This document shows, in pieces, positions 1 to 10,500 of a DNA stretch of 64,000 nt (the stretch's first letter is position 1; each line of letters begins with the position of its first letter). Position numbers and translations under genes: made by a program. The DNA is taken from assembly GCA_053919585.1 (NCBI GenBank), contig CM132790.1. The stretch is one strand, 5' to 3'. Source of the stretch: Euprymna scolopes (Eukaryota). The notes beneath the pieces were generated by a model, which did not search any database, was not told where the DNA came from, and was given only the letters and a program-made list of their open reading frames with translations.

Positions 1-181
1 ATTTCCCTCCCAGGCCCCTGCTTCCCTGGCTCTATTGATATGTAGAAGTTCAAGTGTAATGTGAATAGACATTTTGCTACCCAACTCCCTACACTGGGTC
101 CGTGCAAATTTCGTCCCAAATAGTAGCCCCTTACGTCTTAGTGGTACTGTGCATATTTGGGGTGAAAAATCAGATAAAAAA
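1..181 (+). mobile_element. 3' end of plus-strand CR1-like LINE fragment (cut by window start)
   Basis: Same as 8220-8400: PCFPGSIDM*KFKCNVNRH, 3' UTR and A-tail. Confidence 0.8.
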
Positions 182-1326
182 GGTTAGTTTCACATAGTGC
201 TAAGATACCTGGGAAATTTGCTAGGAGAAATGATTCTACATAGTTTAAGTTTAAATAATTTCAACTGTTACCCTGAAAAAATACTGAATCAATATGCACA
301 GTTAAATGTTTTAGGTTGTTGCTTTCATAAAACTAATTAGTATTTTGTACCATCTTCAAATATAATAAAAGTGAAGTGTATATATGCAAGAGAATGTCTG
401 AGCAAACTTCAGAAATAATTAAATTTTAATATTTGTAAAAATTTGCGTTTAATTTAAAAAAAAAAGGTAATGTAGTAATATTCATTCTGACGTGACAGAT
501 TTGTTTTGACAATTAGGAATTTACATTGAAATTGAAGAAATAATGCACACTTGCATCGTTGACTTATTGTGTCAAAATAATAAAGAGTCATATAGGTAGG
601 GACTCTTGCATGCCACACATTTTAAAGCCTTTTACCTGTATTTTTTGTTCAAAAGGAGACACAAAAAATCCAGGCAGTGCTGTTTTAATCTCAAAATATA
701 AGCGACTCCAGTTGACGGAGAGTGATAGTTCTGGGCCAGATAGTGGTTAGAAATTTCAAATGGGAAAATCAGGATTTGAAAGAAAAATATTTCAATCACT
801 TGGGCTTAAATATGATACTCCGTTCTCTCCCTCCCTCTTTCTATCTTTCTCTATCTCGGTCGTGTTTTGCCTAAAAGTGAAGAATTGTAAATTAGTTAGC
901 GTTTAGATGCACCTCGTGATGGTGTGGTCACTAGCTAAGCACAAAGTTCGAGCTCAGAGTAAATAATCGTTCTTACATGCTTAAAAAAATTTCTAAATAT
1001 ATAAGAAAATGTATGTTGCTCATTTTATATAGCATTTGATGACAGAAGATTTGGCATTCCAGAAATAACGAAAACAGAGACCTCAGAAAAATCCCAACAA
1101 AACGCAGGTGGCATAATGTAAATGATTTTGATTAAAGATGATGTGCCTATCAACTTTAAGTGATAAATGTAGGGAGCTGGGCGTAACATCAGTAGAAATA
1201 TCAAGAACATACCAAGCTTACCCTCCAGCAGCAAACTATCGGGTTATATTGGGTTGATAATACTCTGCATTTTAAATCCAACACAATGAGGGATTTGTGT
1301 TTAATAAATGAAACGTTATTACTCAC

Positions 1327-1531
1327 TTGTTTCTTTGATACAAAGTTTAACAGAAGTTTTCACTTCAACAGGAAACTGAGGATTTCTAGGAATAATTGTA
1401 ATTCTCAGTACTGTTTCATCTGTACCAGCTGGAATGTTGACAGGTTTGTTATAATTTGCTGTGACCTTAGTTGGTGTAGGTATTAATCTTGCTGGAGTAG
1501 TTTCTGCCAGAGGTACACCTGTAGTCACTTT
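1327..1531 (-). CDS. Exon D unit 1 (KVTTGVPLAET...LRITIIPRNPQFPVEVKTSVKLCIKET), C-terminal half of globular module
   Basis: Acceptor tttctacAG, donor GTgagt, 205 nt, phase 0-1. Confidence 0.88.
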
Positions 1532-4500
1532 CTGTAGAAAACACAGTAATAATGTACAATTATAAGAAGTCAATATAAAATATAAAGTAAAACACAGGTG
1601 ACGATGTAAAATAGCGTTTACTTTCGGTTTCAATCAGCCAAGTGAAATACACGTTTGACGTGACATTGAGTAAACTAAAAAACAATAGGGTAACAGAATT
1701 TTTCATGCCATACTTGCGTTAAACTAAGAACGTAATAAATGTGCTATGTACGTTAGGAGATGTAAAAATTTACCTGTGTAGTTGTCAGAAATTCAACAAG
1801 GTATTTTTGAACATTATCTGTATCGATAAGCTGAATTACACCGCCACCTGTCATCGAATCTCCAACCGTGATTGTGACCACTCTGTCTTGTTGTGTATAT
1901 GTTAACCATCCAGTACCACTTGGTCTGATGTCTCCGGGATTTCCACTCGGTTCCAATGTAATAGCACTATCAGGCAATACAATATCATCATCCATCCCTT
2001 CCAAAAGTGTACACGTCACTATGAGGAAAGAGTTAAGAAAAAATTAAAATCGTCAAAAGCTGGTAGTTTTGTCAATTTGTCTGTTGAGAATTTGGACTTG
2101 GAACATGCACATTGAGAAAAATAGATAAGAGAAACTTGAAAAATGCCGTATAAGCTGTGAGAATATATTTGATTATATCAACAAGTATATACTTTTGATT
2201 TAATTTAGTGAACTTATAACAAACTGAAAATTATTTTCTAAAATTGCAAAGTTAGGTCCTTTTAGACTACATGAAAATAACATATATTTGTGCTTTAGTG
2301 GCCAACACAGACAAATTATGAGCTAAAAAAAGAAATAGATGTGTATGCCTAGAAAATAGAGATGTATGTGTGCAGAAATATATTATTTAAAATATATATA
2401 TGGTGGTTGTGTGGTTGTATTAAGTTTGGTATATTCAAAAAAATAAACATATAATATTGAAATGTAAATTATATGAGTTTAATATATACATGGTTTATCA
2501 ATATACACATTTTGAAGTGAAAAGTTATTGCTCTAAGGAATTTCATTAGTATCTTTATATTACCCTCAAATATAAAAATCTGCTGTGATATATGCTAGGG
2601 TATATTTAAGAAAATTTCAAAATAATTACATTTAAATATTCATCTAATTTAGTGTTCAATTTTTGTAAGATAAACATAGTTATTTCCAGTTCTACATAGC
2701 AACTAGCATATTCTTTTGATTAAATTTAGTGAAATTATTAAAAAAATGAAGATTAATTTCTAAAATTGCAAAGTTATATCCTTTTAGAGTTTACGAAAGT
2801 AACATATACTTTTGCATCAGTGGCAAAAACAGGTAAATTATAGGCTAAAAACGAAATAGATGTTTATGCATATAAACAGAGAGACATGTGTGTAGAGACA
2901 TAGGAATTGGAATATATACCTGGTGGTTGTGTTGTTACCGTAGGAGATGGTGGTGGAACACCTGCAGTTGTCGTTGTGGCACCTGGTGCTGGTGTTGACC
3001 TTGCTGGTACTGATGTAGTTACACCTGGTCCTGGTGTTGATATAGCTGCAAAATATTTTTATATTAAGCATATTAACAGTGATTCTTATTAGAAAAGTCA
3101 ATTGACGGCTTATGCTGAAGTCATCTTAACAAGAAATTGAACCTTAGAGAAACTTGTAATTAGTGTCTCATGACTAAAAAAGAAATCAAATGCAGGTGTA
3201 GAATATATGAATTTACAAAGTGAAGGTATAGTTACATGTATCTGTATACTTTCTTAAAATACTCCTAAATAAAATTAAATTTGGCAAACATTTATTATTG
3301 ATGTCTAATCATTATTGTTAAATCTGAAAAAAAAACTGAAATTTTGAAAATATTTATTATTGATGTCTAATCCTTATTGGTAAAATCTGACAAAAATCAC
3401 AGATATCCAAATTTAAACAATGACATCCTTGCCTTTTCTTTTGTGCTTTACACAAAATTCGATTGAACTAACGGTTAAATTCATTGCAGAAACTTATGAC
3501 TTGAAACTTATTTCAAATTATATAATGACTAATTTCTTAATAACGATTCATGGAAAATGCACAAATGTACACAGATGTATGCATATGTAAATATCAATAT
3601 CTATGCATATGAGAATCCATGAGATTTTGGAAATTCAACTTATAAATACTGCAAAAGTTTAAAGTTCGTTATATTAAAAAAAATATAACACTGAAATGTA
3701 AATTAATGTGTTTAATATATATATATGGTTTATCAATATACACAGTTTGAAATTAAAAGCTGTTGCTCTGAAGAATTTCATTAGTATCTTTATATTACCC
3801 TCAAATATAAAAATCTGCTGTGATATATCCTAGGGAATATTGAAGAAAATTAAAAAAAATATATATTTAAATATTCATCTAATGTTGTGTTAAATTTTTA
3901 TAAGATAAACGTAGTTATTTTCACTTCTATATAGCAACAAGCATATTCTTTTGATTTAATTTAGTGAAATTATCCAAAAAATGAAGATAAATTTCTAAAA
4001 TTGCAAAGTTAGATCCTTTTAGATTTTATGAAATTAACGTATGCTTTGGCTTCCGTGGCAAAAACAGGTAAATTATAGGCTAGAAACGAAATAGATGTTT
4101 ATGCATATAAACAGAGAGAAATGTGTGCAGAAACATAGGAATTGAAATATATACCTGGTGGTTGTGTGGTTGCACCAGGAGCTGGCGTTGTGAAAACTGG
4201 AGGTTTTATTGTTGACATAGAAGGTGGCGTTGGCATACCTTCAGCTGTCGTTGTGGCACCTGGTGCTGGTGTTGACCTTGCTGGTACTGATGTAGTTACA
4301 CCTGGTCCTGGTGTTGATATAGCTGAAAAATATTTTTATATTAAGCATATTAACAGTGATTCTTATTAGAAAAGTCAATTAACAGCTTATGCTGAACACT
4401 ATCTAAGAACACTGCCGAATACATAAAGTGAATTTGTGTGAAATTTCATAAAAATCGATCCTGACACAGATAAAGTTGATTTTATATAATAGTAGAGAAA

Positions 4501-7500
4501 CATATATTTTATATATGTGACAATATTCAAGTAAATTAATTTTTGTTATATAAAATGCTTCTTTAATAATTACTAACGGTATCTTTATGGTGTTGTCCGA
4601 GATTTAGTTGCATTATTTTAACTTTTAGTTTGTTTGCAAATATCTAAATTGGAAGTAAACAGATTCTATTTAATTTTTCAATTTTAGAAAATACTTTTTC
4701 CGTTTCTTAATTCATATTTGCTATTGATAAGCTAACATTTTATATAATCATTTGTATGATCTGTATAAGTAAGTTTTCAAATAGCTATGTACGTTATTTT
4801 ATTGCCCCGGACATGAAAAACAATAAGCATGAAAATTATCAATGAAAAGGTAAGTCAACATTTGCTTCATAAATTATAGTCGAGTCTGACTTTAAAAATC
4901 CGACAATGCAACTTTATATGTTGGATAAACCCAGAATGATTAAATTGAATCATCACATCTGCAAAAATCATTTGGATGGGAAATTAACATGGTTAACTGT
5001 TGTAGGGGCTTATCTGTTGGTCAATAATGGACTCTTCCTACTATAAAGACTGGGAGAATGTGCCTCTTGACGTTATAAACAACTGTTGTAGTGTACGCCT
5101 TATGGAGAAAAATAAACTCTTATTATAAAGACCGGAATATTAAACCTTTCAGTATTATGCACAAGTCATGCACACTTGGTGATCAGGCTGCTGATTACAA
5201 AAGTTTGAAATCTTTGCTTTTCCTATCAAAGTCGCACCAACAATTTTCCAGCAAGTTATGGACACTTTGTTGGAGGAACTTCATTTTTACGATCGCTTAC
5301 TGACATGAAATCTTAATAAATAGTAAAAGTATTGAAACGCTGGAAACATGCCCAAAGTGTGTTTTCACAAATATGGGACTATGGGCTCAAAATAAAAATA
5401 AGAAGAATGTGATTTCTTCATGAAAGAACTCAAATATCTGGGTCATATCATAGATAAAGACGACAGGTGGCCAGATTCTGAATGGACCACTACAATTAAA
5501 GAGATGTCATCTATTAAAAGGTTACGTCTATGAAGAGTTTCCTGAGATTAGAAAATTATTACCAAGCATTTATTGCACACAGTTCTCCATCTTTTACTGA
5601 AAAACTTTATAAAAATAAGGTTTGGAAATTGACACTCATTGTTCAAGAATACATGTGACATTTGATGGACCGTAAGAAGAGTTCTGCTATCTTATTATAG
5701 TAGATAGTTACATAAAATTGCTAGAATATTTAGATGTATGGAAAACATTACATAGGAAATGATAAACCTCTGGCATGAATTGTTGGTCTGATTTGGGGTT
5801 TGATCAATGATTGATAACAGAACTCAATTAACGTTGACTGATTTTGAAGTGCTGTGTAACAATTTCCAAATAAAACACATTAGCACCTCTCTGTACCATC
5901 CCTGTTAAAACGGCCAGGCAAAGCGTTTTGATCGACACCCTAAAAAAACTCCTAAAACATTGCGGCACGCCTAGAGAAAAGGCCTTAAAGCAATTTTTAT
6001 GAGTGTATAGGATGATACTAAGCACAAAGATAAATCTTCATTATATCCAGCAGAATTGGTGTTTGCTCGAAAAATGAAGATCAGTATTTTAAAAAATTGC
6101 TGCCTAAACAAAGCATGGGCGAACATCTAAAGTACCAAAGAATCAGTACATTCCAGGTGAAAAGATGTTTTTTAAGATATGTAAAACAATACATTCTTTT
6201 GAGTATATGTTACTATAGAAAAGAATATCGGAAATATAGTCTACATAATCTGAGGCTCTCAGTAATCAAATTAGAAATCAGCTCTTAGATGAAACTTACA
6301 GTACGTTACAGGAACATGTAGCAATAGATGCCATTTATGACACCTTAGACCTGGAAATATTTAAAACAGCCCCAGAAGAGCAACACTCCTAAAGAAAAAC
6401 AAAAGTTGTTAGACCTTATCAGGATCAACCCAAAGAGAAAATGATACCGAGACTCCTGCAAAGTTAAGGTCTGGGAGGGAGGTTGTTGTAGTGCTCATCT
6501 TACAAATAATAATGAATGCTTCCTATTACTATAAAGACGTGAAGAACTTACCTTACAGCGTTATGCACAAAGTACGCATACATGGCAGTTGGACTGATGT
6601 ATAACCATTCTTTTTATTTGTTTTATTTATTTTCCTGTTTAGTATATTTTGTTTCAAGTAAATCTAAAATTGTGTCTTTCTTTATGACCCTTCTTGTGTA
6701 CAACAATAACTGAATATGTTATGCTTAATCTTATGTCAAAGAGAATATCAGTATGTCACTGAAATGCAATGGGTAAACTTAGTCGCGATTGCTATATAAT
6801 ATGATAAATTAAAGTAAATAATATTATGTTTGGCATATGATAACGATGAAAAGATAATTTTTTATTAGTATCGAACATTATTATGCAGCAAATACAATGT
6901 TTAAACGGAATTCTTCTATGGACATGCATAGAAAAGCATACAAATATACACAGACATATGCATATTTAAATATCAACATCTATGCATATACAAATATATG
7001 AGAATTTGGAAATACAAGATATATACTGCAAAACCTTCAAACTTTTTTTATTTTTCAAATAACTTTTTTTATACTGCTTTTTCACCCTAAACGAGGCACA
7101 ATACCACTTGGGCCTAACGGGCTACTATGTAGGATCAAATTTGCAATGATACTAAATAGGGAGTTGAGCAGCAGAATGTCTGTTCATATTACATTTGAAC
7201 TTCTGCATGTCATTACAGTCAGGATAGCAGGAACTCGAGAGGGAATTTCCAAATATAACCGTTTGGGAAAAGAAATTATTTGAGTAGAAGGCTTTTTAGC
7301 ATCTATGAATGTTTATAGTTTAAGAGTGGGATTTTTCTGCTTGTTGGGTTAGTCAAGAGTATTTACATCGATTGCTAAATATGCTTGCAGTTTGCCAGAG
7401 CATTTTCTATTAAAATACTTGTAAAATAGGCACATGGAGGCAATATTGAGGCAGTGGGACAGAGGTTAGAATTTGGTTGACAGTGCAGGACCTATTAGGT

Positions 7501-10500
7501 TGGCGACTCTATTTTGAACCCTGTATAGGAGTGAGAAAATAGTAGCAGATTAACTATCCCAGATGTGACAACAATACTCCATGCATAAGCGAATGGTGGC
7601 CTTGTAGAAGTACAGGATACTCTCGGACATGAGTAATTTTCTAGCATGATAGAGAGAGCTCATCTTCTTCCCAGCAGCTTGGCAATGCCCTCAATATATG
7701 TGCTCTAATTCATGTTCCCTGTGAACATTTAACCAAGGAATTTGAATGAAAAGATTTCAGGTAGCGCATCATTAGTCATGGCTATAAGTGGCTGAAAAGA
7801 TTTCTTGTAATTATAAAAGGAAATAAGCTTAGTCTTACCAGCATTGAATGTTACCATCCATTTATGACTTTGGTCCACCACAGACTGGATGGCTTCCTCT
7901 TAAGTTTCAGCCATTTCCTTAGATATGTGTACATTTGTTTTCCCGTCATGTCTGTTACAGAGCATGGTGTCATCAGCAAATATGGAAATCTCAGAGAAAT
8001 ATGGCATCCCTGTGCCTGTTTTACAAGTACTTTAATGGAAAGTGTTCAGACAGACTCAAATTACTGGGTCTCCTCAGCATAAATGCCTGCGACAAACCCA
8101 ACTGGAAATTCAACTTATAAATAGTGCAACAAACAGCAAAATCCCACCCCAACATTGTAAAGATTCCTAGATGCCAGAACTCCTTCTACTCAAATAGCTT
8201 CTTTCAAACTGCTAGACTTATTTCCCTCCCAGGCCCCTGCTTCCCTGACTCTATTGATATGTAGAAGTTCAAGTGTAATGTGAATAGACATTTCGCTACC
8301 CAACTCCCTACAGTGTGTCCGTGCAAATTTCGTCCCAAATAGTAGCCCCTTATGTCTTAGTGGTACTGTGCATATTTGGGGTGAAAAATCAGATAAAAAA
8401 GGTTAGTTTCACATAGTGCTAAGATACCTGGGAAATTCGCTAGGAGAAATGATTCTACATAGTTTAAGTTTAAATAATTTCAACTGTTACCCTGAAAAAA
8501 TACTGAATCAATATGCACAGTTAAATGTTTTAGGTTATTGCTTTCATAAAATTACTTAGTATTTTGTACCATCTTCAAATATAATAAAAGTGAAGTGATT
8601 ATATGCAAGAGAATGTTGGAGCAAACTTCAGAAATAATTAAATTTTAATATTTGTTAAAATTTGCGTTTAATTTTAAAAAAAGGTAATGTAGTAATATTC
8701 ATTCTGACGTGACAGATTTGTTTTGACAATTAGGAATTTACATTGAAATTGAAGAAATAATGCACACTTGCATCGTTGACTTATTGTGTCAAAATAATAA
8801 AGAGTCATATAGGTAGGGACTCTTGCATGCCACACATTTTAAAGCCTTTTACCTGTATTTTTTGTTCAAAAGGAGACACAAAAAATCCAGGCAGTGCTGT
8901 TTTAATCTCAAAATGTAAGCGACTCCAGTTGATGGAGAGTGATAGTTCTGGGCCAGATAGTGGTTAGATATTTCAAATGGGAAAATCAGGATTTGAAAGA
9001 AAAATATTTCAATCACTTGGGCTTAAATATGATACTCCGTTCTCTCCCTCCCTCTTTCTATCTTTCTCTATCTCGGTCGTGTTTTGCCTAAAAGTGAAGA
9101 ATTGTAAATTAGTTAGCGTTTAGATGCACCTCGTGATGGTGTGGTCACTAGCTAAGCACAAAGTTCGAGCTCAGAGTAAATAATCGTTCTTACATGCTTA
9201 AAAAAATTTCTAAATATATAAGAAAATGTATGTTGCTCATTTTATATAGCATTTGATGACAGAAGATTTGGCATTTTAGAAATAACGAAAACAGAGACCT
9301 CAGAAAAATCCCAACAAAACGCAGGTGGCATAATGTAAATGATTTTGATTAAAGATGATGTGCCTATCAACTTTAAGTGATAAATGTAGGGAGCTGGGCG
9401 TAACATCAGTAGAAATATCAAGAACATACCAAGCTTACCCTCCAGCAGCAAACTATCGGGTTATATTGGGCTGATAATACTCTGCATTTTAAATCCAACA
9501 CAATGAGGGATTTGTGTTTAATAAAGGAAACGTTATTACTCACTTGTTTCTTTGATACAAAGTTTAACAGAAGTTTTCACTACAACAGGAAACTGAGGAT
9601 TTCTAGGAATAATTGTAATTCTCAGTACTGTTTCATCTGTACCAGCTGGAATGTTGACAGGTTTGTTATAATTTGCTGTGACCTTAGTTGGTGTAGGTAT
9701 TAATCTTGCTGGAGTAGTTTCTGCCAGAGGTACACCTGTAGTCACTTTCTGTAGAAAACACAGTAATAATGTACAATTATAAGAAGTCAATATAAAATAT
9801 AAAGTAAAACACAGGTGACGATGTAAAATAGCGTTTACTTTCGGTTTCAATCAGCCAAGTGAAATACACGTTTGACGTGACATTGAGTAAACTAAAAAAC
9901 AATAAGGTAACAGAATTTTTCATGCCATACTTGCGTTAAACTAAGAACGTAATAAATGTGCTATGTACGTTAGGAGATGTAAAAATTTACCTGTGTAGTT
10001 GTCAGAAATTCAACAAGGTATTTTTGAACATTATCTGTATCGATAAGCTGAATTACACCGCCACCTGTCATCGAATCTCCAACCGTGATTGTGACCACTC
10101 TGTCTTGTTGTGTATATGTTAACCATCCAGTACCACTTGGTCTGATGTCTCCGGGATTTCCACTCGGTTCCAATGTAATAGCACTATCAGGCAATACAAT
10201 ATCATCATCCATCCCTTCCAAAAGTGTACACGTCACTATGAGGAAAGAGTTAAGCAAAAATTAAAATCGTCAAAAGCTGGTAGTTTTGTCAATTTGTCTA
10301 TTGAGAATTTTGACTTGGAACATGCACATTGAGAAAAATAGATAAGAGAAACTTGAAAAATACCGTATAAGCTGTTAGAATATATTTGATTATATCAACA
10401 AGTATATACTTTTGATTTAATTTAGTGAACTTATAACAAACTGAAAAATTTTTCTAAAATTGCAAAGTTAGGTCCTTTTAGACTTTATGAAAATAACATA

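Noticed and set aside
559-1486. Short ORFs 559-750, 1025-1234 and 1286-1486 and their copies
   Set aside because: No recognisable motifs; intronic or antisense to exon D. Recurrence is due only to the tandem duplication. A hidden exon cannot be fully excluded but is not needed to keep the frame.
488-1665. TGACGTGACA (CRE-like) motifs at ~488 and ~1656, and the CT-rich tract at ~822-857
   Set aside because: Short intronic motifs with no independent evidence of regulatory function.
2838-3101. Minus-strand 87-aa ORF MTFLIRIT...TRTRCNYIST
   Set aside because: Wrong frame of exon B extended into introns; its end is frameshifted in unit 5.
2907-4369. Plus-strand Gly/Val-rich ORFs (MEYIPGG..., MKYIPGG...) repeated 20 times
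   Set aside because: Antisense shadows of the PTS exons: TTG starts, and the boundaries coincide with minus-strand GT-AG sites.
5091-6288. Short ORFs 5091-5303, 5828-6025 and 6097-6288
   Set aside because: Off-frame or antisense readings inside the degenerate Gypsy element.
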